Below are positions 19,118 through 29,200 of a stretch of 53,311 nt of DNA, piece by piece (within the stretch, counting starts at the first letter, position 1; each line of letters begins with the position of its first letter). The position numbers and the translations under genes were made by a program. The notes below the pieces were generated by a model. That model did not search any database. It saw nothing but the letters and a program-made list of their open reading frames with translations, and was not told where the DNA came from. The stretch spans positions 1 to 53,311 of the forward strand of contig CAZCLC010000003.1 of assembly GCA_964499455.1 (NCBI GenBank), written 5' to 3'. The DNA comes from an uncultured Candidatus Saccharibacteria bacterium. GTDB taxonomy: Bacteria > Patescibacteriota > Minisyncoccia > Phycocordibacterales > Phycocordibacteraceae.

Positions 19118-19372
19118 ATATTATATAAAAAATAAAATTAGCTCTTTATTAGCACTGTGGAAACTGTGTATTTACGATTAAAACATAATATAATCAACAT
19201 ATCTTTAAATTTCTGAAATATTAAAACATGTTGATTAATATATAATAACTATATTATATATATTAACACATAATATATTATTACTCTGGTCTATAAATAT
19301 ACTGCTTTTATTAATGAAATATCCACAATATTTTATATACTAATTAACAATTAATGCACAGACTATACATAT
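19118..19372. other. oriC: Replication origin oriC
   Basis: Very AT-rich dnaA-dnaN spacer with DnaA-box-like 9-mers at 19156-19164, 19165-19173, 19319-19327 and 19352-19360; on the minus strand tandem boxes are followed by GTGC, TAA TAA and an AT tract before dnaN. Confidence 0.8.
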
Positions 19373-20740
19373 TTATTTTAATAATGAACGTATATCATCT
19401 AATTCTTTTTCCAAATAAGGATCTTTTTCCAACTCTCTTTTAATTTTATCACACGAATGAATAACTGTTGTGTGATCACGTCCACCCAACTCAATACCTA
19501 TACTTGGGTATGAAATATTAAAGTCTTCACGGAGTATATACATAATTATCTGTCTTGGCCTAACAATCTCTCTCCTTCTAGTTTTTTTATAAATAACATC
19601 TCTATCTATGTTATAAAATTCACATACTTTAGAAATTATTTGTTTTACAGATACAGATTTATTTGATTTTGAGAATGAACGTAATAATTGTCGTACTTCT
19701 AAAAGATCAGGTGGTAATTCTTTTGTTTGTGTATAGCACACAATTGTATTAACAGCTCCTTCAATTTCTCTTATACTACCTTGTATTGTTATTGCAATAT
19801 ATTCAACAATCTCATTAGATAAATTAATTGAATTGAAAGATAATTTTTTATTTATTATAGCTATTTTCGATTCTAAATCCGGTTCACCAATATCAACCAT
19901 CATACCTGCAGAAAACCTACTTCTCAATCTTGCCGCTATATCTGGAATAGCCGATGGTGCTCTATCTGATGAAAAAATAATTTGTTTATTTGTGTCATAT
20001 AATGCATTAAAAAGATGAAATAATTCTTCCTGTGATTTTTCTTTTTTTGAAAGGAAATGAATATCATCCATAATAAGTAAATCATATTGACGATACTTCT
20101 CTTTAAACCTATTTGCTGTACCTTTTTGTACAGAATCTATATAATCAACAGCAAATCTTTCAGATGTTAGATAATATACTTTACGATTAGGATATATTTT
20201 TTTAAATTGATTTCCAACAGCTTGTATTAAATGTGTTTTTCCACGTCCTGTATCACCATAAATAAAAAGAGGATTATATGTAATACCTAATTCACGCATA
20301 ACAGCTTGTGCTGCTGTATATGCCATTTCATTAAAAGAACCAACAATAAATGAATCAAACACATATCTTGGGTTTAAATTATCATTTCTATCAACATAGA
20401 AATCACTAAGTGGGAGTGTTGTTGTCGGTTTCTTTTTTGTAATATATATGGGTTTTTTATACTCTTCTTTAACGATTACATATTCAATATTTCTAAATTC
20501 ATAAGATACAGATCTGATAATTTTTAAAATTATCAGATTAAATTTTTTTAAATACCATTCTTTAAAAAACTGACTTGGTACAGCTATATATACAACACCA
20601 TTTTCTATTTTTATAATAAAACTTTTCTTAAACCATGTATTAAAATTTGCTTGAGAAATAGAAAGTTCTATCTGTGTTAACACATACTCCCATAATTCTT
20701 TTAAATTAAGTGACGAGTGTGTCTTTTCAAATGTATTCAT
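19373..20740 (-). CDS. dnaA: Chromosomal replication initiator DnaA
   Basis: LNPRYVFDSF, YNPLFIYGDTGRGKTHL, DDIHFL, RLRSRF, GGRDHTTVIH; start 20740 chosen because TATAAT lies 9 nt upstream. Confidence 0.97.
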   Translation of the reverse strand: MNTFEKTHSSLNLKELWEYVLTQIELSISQANFNTWFKKSFIIKIENGVVYIAVPSQFFKEWYLKKFNLIILKIIRSVSYEFRNIEYVIVKEEYKKPIYITKKKPTTTLPLSDFYVDRNDNLNPRYVFDSFIVGSFNEMAYTAAQAVMRELGITYNPLFIYGDTGRGKTHLIQAVGNQFKKIYPNRKVYYLTSERFAVDYIDSVQKGTANRFKEKYRQYDLLIMDDIHFLSKKEKSQEELFHLFNALYDTNKQIIFSSDRAPSAIPDIAARLRSRFSAGMMVDIGEPDLESKIAIINKKLSFNSINLSNEIVEYIAITIQGSIREIEGAVNTIVCYTQTKELPPDLLEVRQLLRSFSKSNKSVSVKQIISKVCEFYNIDRDVIYKKTRRREIVRPRQIIMYILREDFNISYPSIGIELGGRDHTTVIHSCDKIKRELEKDPYLEKELDDIRSLLK

Positions 20741-20841
20741 ATTGTTGTCATTATACTCCAAATGTTTAAATTGGATACAATAACAGAAAATATAGGTATT
20801 TTGCATTTTTTATAATAACCTGTTAATATCATGTGGATAGT

Positions 20842-20979
20842 ATGACAAAAAGAACGTATCAACCAAAAAAACGAAAACGTGCAAAAACACATGGATTTCT
20901 TTCACGTTCAAAAACAAAATCAGGCAGAAAGGTTATTCGTAATAGAGCAAGAAAAGGTAGAAAAGAACTTACTGTGTAA
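20842..20979 (+). CDS. rpmH: 50S ribosomal protein L34 (absent from the ORF track)
   Basis: [45 protein letters not shown]; divergent from dnaA. Confidence 0.96.
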   Translation: MTKRTYQPKKRKRAKTHGFLSRSKTKSGRKVIRNRARKGRKELTV

Positions 20980-20984
20980 ATAAT

Positions 20985-21296
20985 ATGTCAGCAGTATGTA
21001 AAATGGACAGGAATGATGTGTCCGCCCTACTGCATTCAAAAAAACCAATAAAGTCAACACATTTTTCTGTTATATGTAGTAATAAGATAAAAGGACACGC
21101 TATTATTATTGGAAAAAAAATTGAAAAACTTGCTGTTAATAGACATAAAACAAAACGACGTATATTTTCAATACTTAATACAATAAATTCTAAAAATACA
21201 GGATATATTGTTTTTGTAAAAGTAAAGATATTATCTATTCCATATAAAGATATACAAACAGAGCTACTATCACTTATAATGAAAAATATAAACTAA
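20985..21296 (+). CDS. rnpA: RNase P protein component
   Basis: IIIGKKIEKLAVNRHKTKRR variant of the RNR motif; rpmH-rnpA-yidC synteny. Confidence 0.85.
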   Translation: MSAVCKMDRNDVSALLHSKKPIKSTHFSVICSNKIKGHAIIIGKKIEKLAVNRHKTKRRIFSILNTINSKNTGYIVFVKVKILSIPYKDIQTELLSLIMKNIN

Positions 21297-21306
21297 TATT
21301 GTTTTT

Positions 21307-22050
21307 ATGATATCAAGTCTTTTTCATACCTTTTTCTATAACCCAATTTATAATTTATTGGTTATTTTAATACATATTATACCAACAGGAGATGTTGGTA
21401 TTGCTGTTATTATTATTACTATTATTATTCGTTTTATCCTCCTCCCTTTTTCTTTATCTGCTGCGCGCACACAACACGCAATGAATTTTCTCACACCTGA
21501 ATTGAATAAAATTCGTGAACAACATAAAGATAATAAACAACAACAAGCAAAAGAAACAATGGCTCTTTATAAAGCATCAAACGTAAATCCATTTTCAAGT
21601 TTTATTGTTATGTTTCTTCAGATTCCAGTACTTTTAGCACTTTATATGGTTTTCCTTTATGGTGCACTTTCTACAATTGATCCACATATTCTTTACTCAT
21701 TTGTTTCTTCACCGACAATTATATCAATGAAATTTTTAGGTATATTTAATATGGCATCAAAAAGTATTATTCTTGCAGTATTTGCTGGTATTGCACAATA
21801 TTTTCAAGCAACACTTACAATTAAACGTACTAAAACAATTCAACAAAAAGGTAAAATGAAAGATGTAAGTAATATTATGAATACACAAATAAAATATGTG
21901 TTTCCAATAATTATTGCGATTGTTGCTTACTCAACATCAGGAGCAATTGCACTTTATTTCACCACCACTAATATATTTGGTATTTTTCAAGAGAAATATC
22001 TTCAACGTTCATTAGTTAAAGTAAAAACTGTACAACAAAATAATAAATAA
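21307..22050 (+). CDS. yidC: Membrane insertase YidC/Oxa1 (short form)
   Basis: IIRFILLP, LYKASNVNP, LQIPV, ALYFTTTN. Confidence 0.92.
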   Translation: MISSLFHTFFYNPIYNLLVILIHIIPTGDVGIAVIIITIIIRFILLPFSLSAARTQHAMNFLTPELNKIREQHKDNKQQQAKETMALYKASNVNPFSSFIVMFLQIPVLLALYMVFLYGALSTIDPHILYSFVSSPTIISMKFLGIFNMASKSIILAVFAGIAQYFQATLTIKRTKTIQQKGKMKDVSNIMNTQIKYVFPIIIAIVAYSTSGAIALYFTTTNIFGIFQEKYLQRSLVKVKTVQQNNK

Positions 22051-22101
22051 AAATTTTATTATTTAACTTATATATTTATAAATATAATTTGAATATATAC
22101 A

Positions 22102-23367
22102 CTAAGGCTGAAGTCTAAATGACCATAATGATCCATCTCTTTTATTTATAAACGATAGTATATGTTGTTTTGGATCAACCGAGGGAGCGATAATATCAAA
22201 CGGTTTCTTATTCTCTTTTGTAAGATTAAACAATAATTTTACATACCTATTTTTCATATTGATTTTCCATATATTATCTGTGAATGAAATTTTACCTTGG
22301 TACCAATCATCTGGGTAAGATGCTACTGGTGTTTTTTCAGGAATACCACAATATATAGCAGTATCATCTTGTGACCATACACATTTATTTGAAATAGTAG
22401 AAATTGGTAAATTAATCATTGTGTGGTTCGGTATAGATATTATTCCCATTTTTATTAAACCATCTGGACTATCATAATTTATAAGCGCCTCTGTACCGGC
22501 GTGGTTTATCAATGCAGTCAATCCTTTTTTTGGTCCAGCAACAGTAGTAAACATACCTGTCTTTTTATTTACAATAAATGCATACCCACCAATATCTGCA
22601 GACGGTTTAGTATATATGAAATAATTTTTCAAGCCCGCAAACATAACCCGTATATTTGTAAGTGGTGTTTGAAAAGCTGTATATATATTAGCAGCATCTT
22701 TTTGTGCACTTTTTATTATTGAACCATTCTCTCCAGAAGAGACCATAAGAATATTATCAGTTCCTTGTGTAAGTATTTGAGTTAATTCTTGTGGAAGGAA
22801 AAAACCACCAATTCCATTCTGTGGAAGCGCGTATGTCGCAATTTCACCATTACCAGTGTTTCCTGTGTGAGATATATAACGTACGTATACCAATGATCCG
22901 TCTGATAACCATACTGCTGAATTTATTCCTGGGATAGTTTTATTTGAAATACGCGTTTGTCTACCTGTTAAAGAATTATATTGATATATATTACCACTCT
23001 GTTGGTCTATATATTTTATAATAACTACTGCGTTAGTTAGTGTTGATGTGCTGTTATTTTTGATATCAAGAGAAAATATTGCTGGTACAACAGGGCCAGT
23101 GCTTATTTGCACAAGCCTTGCGAGTGTGTTTGTTGTACTGGTTGTAGTTCCTGTCCCATTGTTTATACTACCAGTGGTATACCTATTGTTATTAGTTATA
23201 TTTGTTGAAGAAGTATTCTCTTTTACAACTGGGAATGATGATTGTGTAGTAGTGTTTGATTTTGTAACAACAACATATGCACTATGATTTGCGAAGAATA
23301 AAACATACACACCGATTCCAATCGCAATGATGAAAAAAAAACTTATAATAATGAGTGTCTTTCGCAT
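22102..23367 (-). CDS. Membrane-anchored exported protein, probable beta-propeller; last gene of the T4SS-like cluster
   Basis: N-terminal TM, Thr/Asn linker, WLSDG and KCVWSQD blade-like motifs, YPDDWYQG. Confidence 0.65.
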   Translation of the reverse strand: MRKTLIIISFFFIIAIGIGVYVLFFANHSAYVVVTKSNTTTQSSFPVVKENTSSTNITNNNRYTTGSINNGTGTTTSTTNTLARLVQISTGPVVPAIFSLDIKNNSTSTLTNAVVIIKYIDQQSGNIYQYNSLTGRQTRISNKTIPGINSAVWLSDGSLVYVRYISHTGNTGNGEIATYALPQNGIGGFFLPQELTQILTQGTDNILMVSSGENGSIIKSAQKDAANIYTAFQTPLTNIRVMFAGLKNYFIYTKPSADIGGYAFIVNKKTGMFTTVAGPKKGLTALINHAGTEALINYDSPDGLIKMGIISIPNHTMINLPISTISNKCVWSQDDTAIYCGIPEKTPVASYPDDWYQGKISFTDNIWKINMKNRYVKLLFNLTKENKKPFDIIAPSVDPKQHILSFINKRDGSLWSFRLQP

Positions 23368-23416
23368 ATTAGGTTTATATTAAAATTGGGTTATATGTTA
23401 TACATAATAGTATTAA

Positions 23417-23989
23417 TTAAAAAACAATATTAATTGTATAAATACACACCAGATTTGGGTCTGTTGTGCTTTTACAATTATATTCAGCTATATTAGTATA
23501 ATCCTTAGCTTTTTGGCTTGAACAACCACCGCTCACTTTTATGCTCTCAACAAGTCTGGTGCCGGTAGGGATAGTTTCTTTACACAACTGTGTATTTTGA
23601 GACTGTACCGCCGGCTGTGTTATTTTGACACTGCTAGTTCCAAGTTTCATAGATAATGCTGATGGATTAATAAATTGAAAGACAACATATGGAGAAAGTA
23701 CGAGAACAAGACCAAAAATTGCCATCATTATTTTATGTCTGCCAGCTTCTTTATTAGTGACACTTGCACCACTTCCCATCCAAAGGAAACCACCCCAAAC
23801 AATCTCAAGAACAGCTAATATAACAGCAATACCAATTGCATATGTATACAAACTATTTACAAAATGAACTAATGATGTTGATGCTGCATAGTTTGTGAAT
23901 GCCGGGAAACTTGTCAACGGTGCGAATCCGCTAGTAGTGAGCATATACCGTATATTTTTTTTACTGTCTTTAAATCTAAAAATATCCAT
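23417..23989 (-). CDS. VirB2/TrbC-like T4SS pilin with Cys-containing tail
   Basis: AVLEIVWGGFLWM...AIFGLVLVLSPYVVFQFINP two-helix pilin pattern; start moved from 24100 to avoid overlap. Confidence 0.75.
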   Translation of the reverse strand: MDIFRFKDSKKNIRYMLTTSGFAPLTSFPAFTNYAASTSLVHFVNSLYTYAIGIAVILAVLEIVWGGFLWMGSGASVTNKEAGRHKIMMAIFGLVLVLSPYVVFQFINPSALSMKLGTSSVKITQPAVQSQNTQLCKETIPTGTRLVESIKVSGGCSSQKAKDYTNIAEYNCKSTTDPNLVCIYTINIVF

Positions 23990-23996
23990 AATTATA

Positions 23997-24983
23997 TTAT
24001 AAGCCAAATAACCCAAAACTACCTCCTGAATTTGATCCAAATAACAATGATAATTGTGTTTTTGCGCTCTCGTACGTTGTGTTATTTTGCGCCAAGACAC
24101 TTAAAATAGTGTTTCCACTCCCTATACCCTTAGGGCGTACAGTTAATAAATTACCTGTCTGTACATTTGTGCCGTTTAAAAACCATGTAATATTCGGATC
24201 TCCATTTTTGGTAGAAAAACCATATGGAACTGCCGCAAAAGTTGATTCTACTGAACCAATTGATTTTATAGAAGAAAGTGTATGAGTATAATTAATACCA
24301 GTGAGAGGATTATCTTTATATATATAAACAGTAGGCGTACCAGCCATTAGTGTAATCTCTCGTTGCGCAGCTCGTGTACCACGTTGGTTTTTTACTAATA
24401 CAGAGAACACCTCTTTCCTGTACGGAAGAGGAGCATTCACTAATACCGAATCATTTCCTATACCTGAAGCAGCAAGTGTTTGCCCGTTACTTTTCCAAAC
24501 ATATGAAAGAACAGAAGGATTAGTTCCGTTAGTTTGTATATTTGGTATAGCCACAAGCCGTATATTCCCTGTTGTCGGAATAGTTGGTGAACCAAGATAT
24601 CCTAAAGGTGCCGTAGCCAATGGTTCAACCACTAATGCGACGGATGCTGGATGAATAGTAATCGCTTGTTTGTATATATGCCCGTTTGACGTCACTGCTA
24701 TAACTATATACATAGGAACACCAACAGTACCAGTAGTAAATGAAATGGATTTTGATCCTGTACCGACACCAATCTTTTTCTTATTTATATAAACAGAAAA
24801 TATACTGTTAGTAGTTGAAATTGAATTACTTGAAATAGAAATTGTTGCACGTGAATATGGCTGAGGATATGTTGGTGTCAAATTGATAAAAAATGGTGTC
24901 AAATGAGTTGTTTGTGCGAATATATTATGTGGTACAACAATAAAAAATACCCCTAACACAATAATTATTAAAAACTTTTTCAT
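23997..24983 (-). CDS. Secreted beta-rich (Ig/PKD-like) protein
   Basis: Signal peptide ending IFA-Q; repeated LSYVW-x-x-NG and ITWFLNG strands. Confidence 0.65.
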   Translation of the reverse strand: MKKFLIIIVLGVFFIVVPHNIFAQTTHLTPFFINLTPTYPQPYSRATISISSNSISTTNSIFSVYINKKKIGVGTGSKSISFTTGTVGVPMYIVIAVTSNGHIYKQAITIHPASVALVVEPLATAPLGYLGSPTIPTTGNIRLVAIPNIQTNGTNPSVLSYVWKSNGQTLAASGIGNDSVLVNAPLPYRKEVFSVLVKNQRGTRAAQREITLMAGTPTVYIYKDNPLTGINYTHTLSSIKSIGSVESTFAAVPYGFSTKNGDPNITWFLNGTNVQTGNLLTVRPKGIGSGNTILSVLAQNNTTYESAKTQLSLLFGSNSGGSFGLFGL

Positions 24984-25078
24984 ATTATTAAGTATAACGC
25001 ATTAAGTGTATTTATAGCGAGTATTATTTCAATCTGTACTAATCTTTTTTAATAAATAAAATCATAGATACTTTGTTA

Positions 25079-25678
25079 TTATTGTGTTACAAATTGCTGT
25101 GATAGCAATCTTTGTTGTCTGTTATATGCGAGCAATCTTTTTTTATACTGTAAAAAAGCATCTCTATCGTCTTCCATAACTGTCATAATAATGATAGTAA
25201 TACCTATAAGTAGTGATGGTATTATATTTATAAAAGGAATAAGACCAACAATAAGACTTATAACCGCTGCCACTAAGCGTTTTCTTGATCTCGTGTCCAA
25301 AAATGATATGCCTGCTATAGTGAACCAAAAGTAAAATAACATCCACGCGAAAAAATCGATTGCATCAGATAAAATATCACCGACAAAACCAATAACTGCC
25401 GAACCGATACCAGTGAAAATTTCAGCGCCTCCTACAGCTAAGGCTGCTACCGCGCCACCAGCTACACCAAGTGCCTCCGATACACCACTACCTAAAAAGG
25501 ATGTTTTATTTGTTATATATACACTAGTTATTCCACCAATAAGTAATGGTGCTGTTATAAAAAATATTGAGAATATAAAAATAAATATACTGAAGAAAAA
25601 CGCCACACTAAACATAAGAACTGCGCGAGTAATGGGCATTTTTCTTGTTGGTGGTTTTGGCTGTAATAATTGCTTCAT
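25079..25678 (-). CDS. Hypothetical polytopic membrane protein
   Basis: Several TM helices, Gly/Ala-rich, GLIPFINIIP motif; coupled to virB4. Confidence 0.7.
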   Translation of the reverse strand: MKQLLQPKPPTRKMPITRAVLMFSVAFFFSIFIFIFSIFFITAPLLIGGITSVYITNKTSFLGSGVSEALGVAGGAVAALAVGGAEIFTGIGSAVIGFVGDILSDAIDFFAWMLFYFWFTIAGISFLDTRSRKRLVAAVISLIVGLIPFINIIPSLLIGITIIIMTVMEDDRDAFLQYKKRLLAYNRQQRLLSQQFVTQ

Positions 25679-25684
25679 ATTATC

Positions 25685-27517
25685 CTAATGTTGTTTTTCT
25701 TGCTCTGCGTCAAAACGGTTTTTTTCTTTACTTATAGATAGAAGTTGTGAAGGATCTGAAGTGATAATTTGATCTTCAGTATAGGAAGCTACGATTTTAA
25801 TTGCCACATGTTTTAATCCTGCAAAAAACAATCCTTCACCAACGCCAGACTCTAAAAGTAAATATTTTTCCTCATCCGTGAGGTTAAATGTTTTTTGCAG
25901 TAGATCAACTGTTGTTGGGGATTGTTTAAGCAGAATCTGCAATGATGAGTTTGTAAGAATAGGTTTTCCATATGGTGAGCGCAAGAAATCTTCAACATCT
26001 TGCGTAATAGTGGCAACACCAAGATAGTATTTTCGTCCGCGCTTAGCAATAGAATACAAAAACGATGCGGTATCTTCTGATTTCATCATCCACCACGCCT
26101 CATCAATAACAAGTAATCGCTTTTTTAAATTATGTCGTACAACATTCCAAATATGTCTAGAAATTATATACATAGCTACTGGCTTAAGCTCGTCTTCCAT
26201 ATCACGAACGGAAAAGACAATAAATTGTCGATTAATATCAATATTGGTTGGTTTATTAATAAAACCGGACCATGAACCACGTGTGTATTTCGCAAGACGT
26301 TCTACAAGCGAATCACTTCCCTCCATACCTATCAATACTGTTTCAAAATCTGCAAGAAGTGGTGGTTCAGTATTTGAAAAATCAGTTTCTCCAGTGATAT
26401 TTTTTAGGGCGTAAGTTTCAGCAATTGCACGATCTACAATAGAATCTTCCTCGGGACTAAGCCCGCCGAGCATAATTCTAAATAGACCAACCAAAGTAAT
26501 AATATTGTTACGTAAAATATCCTTCGGATCCTCGTCCTCTTTAACTGGCGGTAGATCAAATGGATTGATATGATGTTCAGAAGAAAGTGAGATGTTGAAA
26601 GAGCGACCATCGGTTGCCTCTGCAAGTTGTTCATATTCTCGTTCAGGATCAATAACAATCACATCAGTACCAAACATAAGAGAACGCAAAATCTCAAGCT
26701 TAGCAGCATATGATTTTCCAGAACCGGATTTTGCAAAGAATACTGAGTTATAGTTTTCTAGAGAGAATCGATCAAAAAGAATTAATGAAGCATTATGCCG
26801 ATTTATGCCATAGAGAATACCGCGATCACTAGTCAGATCAAATGATGTGAACGGAAAAATAGAAGAAAGTGGTTCAGTGTTTAATTTTGATTCAACCATA
26901 AGTTCATCATTTTCAAGCGGTAGTATTGTACGAAACCCTTGTTCCTGCTGAAAAAGTGCCGGCTTTGTATAAATTAATTGTGCGTCTAAAATACTGCGGA
27001 TACTTATCTCAGTTTTACTTAACTCTTCTTTTGAGTCTCCATATATTGTTATATATAACCCAACATCAAAAAGACGCTCCCTAGCTTGTTGAAGCCGATC
27101 ACGTAGCATCTCCAGGTTTTGATATGCGGCATCAAGTTTTGGATCTCGTACTAACCCATGATGCTCTCTTTCGTTTATTTGACTCTGTACATCTGCAACT
27201 TTTTTCTGAAAGTTATGAAGCGCTTCCTCAGTATCAATAGGGTGTATAAAAATGGAAACGTCAAGTACTTTATCAAGATTAATAATAGGAGAAAACCATC
27301 CATCACTTAAAAACGCCGGGTATGACACGGTATAAAATGTACGAGCAAATTTTTCATTAAGTGATATTTCTTTAGAACCTATTTTTAAAGCAGTCGGTGC
27401 AATTGTATCAATAAGATTTAATTTATTCTGCGTATAAATATTCCCAGGTAGAACATTAGAAAAATCTAATGCCCCTCGCTCTTTTTTATTTTTATTGAAG
27501 AAATTAAAAAGTGACAT
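25685..27517 (-). CDS. virB4: VirB4/TraC-like T4SS ATPase
   Basis: GILYGIN, AKSGSGKS Walker A, IDPEREY, INPFD, LLVIDEAW Walker B, KRGRKY, TITQD. Confidence 0.88.
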   Translation of the reverse strand: MSLFNFFNKNKKERGALDFSNVLPGNIYTQNKLNLIDTIAPTALKIGSKEISLNEKFARTFYTVSYPAFLSDGWFSPIINLDKVLDVSIFIHPIDTEEALHNFQKKVADVQSQINEREHHGLVRDPKLDAAYQNLEMLRDRLQQARERLFDVGLYITIYGDSKEELSKTEISIRSILDAQLIYTKPALFQQEQGFRTILPLENDELMVESKLNTEPLSSIFPFTSFDLTSDRGILYGINRHNASLILFDRFSLENYNSVFFAKSGSGKSYAAKLEILRSLMFGTDVIVIDPEREYEQLAEATDGRSFNISLSSEHHINPFDLPPVKEDEDPKDILRNNIITLVGLFRIMLGGLSPEEDSIVDRAIAETYALKNITGETDFSNTEPPLLADFETVLIGMEGSDSLVERLAKYTRGSWSGFINKPTNIDINRQFIVFSVRDMEDELKPVAMYIISRHIWNVVRHNLKKRLLVIDEAWWMMKSEDTASFLYSIAKRGRKYYLGVATITQDVEDFLRSPYGKPILTNSSLQILLKQSPTTVDLLQKTFNLTDEEKYLLLESGVGEGLFFAGLKHVAIKIVASYTEDQIITSDPSQLLSISKEKNRFDAEQEKQH

Positions 27518-27523
27518 AATTTT

Positions 27524-28171
27524 TTATGAAAGACGAATAGGGTCTTCTATCTCACCAGGGTTAAATGACCTGAAGAAAAGCTCAATAAGTTCTTCTGTAC
27601 CGAGTGAAATAGTACGTACTCCTGTTGTCGATATACTTGATGCAACTAACGCCATTCGTTCTTGCAGTTGTGTACGTGCCTCTTTAAATATCTCTTCACT
27701 ACCAGTTGTCTGTTCACTAACCTTATTTTTATTATGACTGACAAATCCTGAAAATAAATGTTGTGCAGCTTCTGTGCTATTTTGCGAATAAGGAACAACA
27801 ATATAAAATGATTTAGTCATAATGTTGGTGTTTTCCGTAAAAGTTTTAATAAATGACATATATTCCCGTAACTGAATACGCAATAGTTCTGTTTGTTGTT
27901 TCTTCTTTTTTTCCTCTAAAAGAGAAAGATATGGACGAATATCAATTTTACGTGACTGCACCACTATTTGTATAGAAAAATCAAGAGTGTTAAGAAATGT
28001 TTGAAATCCACTGATAATAGCATTTTGTTCATTGGAAGATTTCAATTCAAAATTAATTGATGAGCACATCAAAACCCCACGATACCCTCCGTTTTTAAGT
28101 ATAATAACTCCTTCACGAATATCTTTAATCGGAACGAAGTTTTGTGCTGATGTTGCATTTGTTGTAGACAT
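27524..28171 (-). CDS. VirB4-associated conjugation-type protein
   Basis: SINFELKS, FLNTLDFSIQI and KSFYIVVPY resemble the protein usually found between PrgI and VirB4. Confidence 0.65.
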   Translation of the reverse strand: MSTTNATSAQNFVPIKDIREGVIILKNGGYRGVLMCSSINFELKSSNEQNAIISGFQTFLNTLDFSIQIVVQSRKIDIRPYLSLLEEKKKKQQTELLRIQLREYMSFIKTFTENTNIMTKSFYIVVPYSQNSTEAAQHLFSGFVSHNKNKVSEQTTGSEEIFKEARTQLQERMALVASSISTTGVRTISLGTEELIELFFRSFNPGEIEDPIRLS

Positions 28172-28177
28172 AATAAA

Positions 28178-28591
28178 TTACATTTGAGTATTTTCTGGTA
28201 TACGTGCGACATCAAGTGATCCTGCAAGCTCGCGTAATTTACTTCGTGTAAGCCTAACAACACGTACTGGCGTCTTTTTTTCGTGTACTGCTGTTGGTTG
28301 TGATTTTACAGATGTATATTTTTTCCATAGGAAAAAGCGTGAGGATGTATAATATTTAATTGCTGCTTCAACAGTATGTTCGAACGGTTTATTATTTATT
28401 TTATAGAACGCTAACGCACTGGCAAAACCGACTGTTGGTATTCCTAACAAAACCGCAATAAAAAACGGCAGATAACGTAATAATAAAAAAAGCAATCCGA
28501 TACCGCCTGCTATATAAACAAATTGTTTAAGAGTGAGCGGACCGATGATTTTACTCTCCATTTCAATAAATTGTGGTACTTGATGCTCCAT
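28178..28591 (-). CDS. PrgI-family (VirB3-like) membrane protein
   Basis: QVPQFIEMESKIIGPLTLKQF followed by two TM helices and INNKPF. Confidence 0.82.
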   Translation of the reverse strand: MEHQVPQFIEMESKIIGPLTLKQFVYIAGGIGLLFLLLRYLPFFIAVLLGIPTVGFASALAFYKINNKPFEHTVEAAIKYYTSSRFFLWKKYTSVKSQPTAVHEKKTPVRVVRLTRSKLRELAGSLDVARIPENTQM

Positions 28592-28652
28592 GTATATATT
28601 AGTATATCTGAAAAATGATACACTGTCTGTGCTGTTTTCCACTTAGTTGGCG

Positions 28653-29162
28653 TCACACTAACGGTTCTCTGTAAGGATCAGCAGTATATTTTTCCACGAT
28701 TGGTTTTTTAGGTGGTGTAGGAATACTCTGAATTGTTGAATGTTCTGGATATGGTGGTTGTTGAGTTGGTTTTTTAATATCCTGAATAGGATGCTGTATT
28801 TTCATTTGTTCTCGCAGTGGTGAAAACACCATTATTTCTATATCATGCATAATGTTATCTACGTTATTTTTATCAAAGCCGTTATTTATCAATACATCGG
28901 ATACTTCTTGAGGGTTCTCCACCCCGATAAGCATAAGAAGTAGCTCATTTTCAAGTACTGCAGATTGTTTTGTTTGAAGCTCATATCGTTGTGCGAGTGT
29001 TGTAGCGACGACTACATATTTTTTTTCTAACAAAAAACCTTTAACTTCTTCAGGTACATTATCTATAAACGCTCGCAGGCTTTCTTGTAGCGTTGGCACC
29101 TTTTTTGAATCTACATCAGTATAGGTATCTTGGTGTTTGGAAGTTTTTTGTGGTGTATTCAT
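28653..29162 (-). CDS. Hypothetical protein with Pro-rich tail and terminal DPYREP motif
   Basis: 169 aa ORF inside the T4SS-like cluster. Confidence 0.7.
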   Translation of the reverse strand: MNTPQKTSKHQDTYTDVDSKKVPTLQESLRAFIDNVPEEVKGFLLEKKYVVVATTLAQRYELQTKQSAVLENELLLMLIGVENPQEVSDVLINNGFDKNNVDNIMHDIEIMVFSPLREQMKIQHPIQDIKKPTQQPPYPEHSTIQSIPTPPKKPIVEKYTADPYREPLV

Positions 29163-29200
29163 AGATGTTTATTTATAACTTTTTAAAATATATCGTAGAC

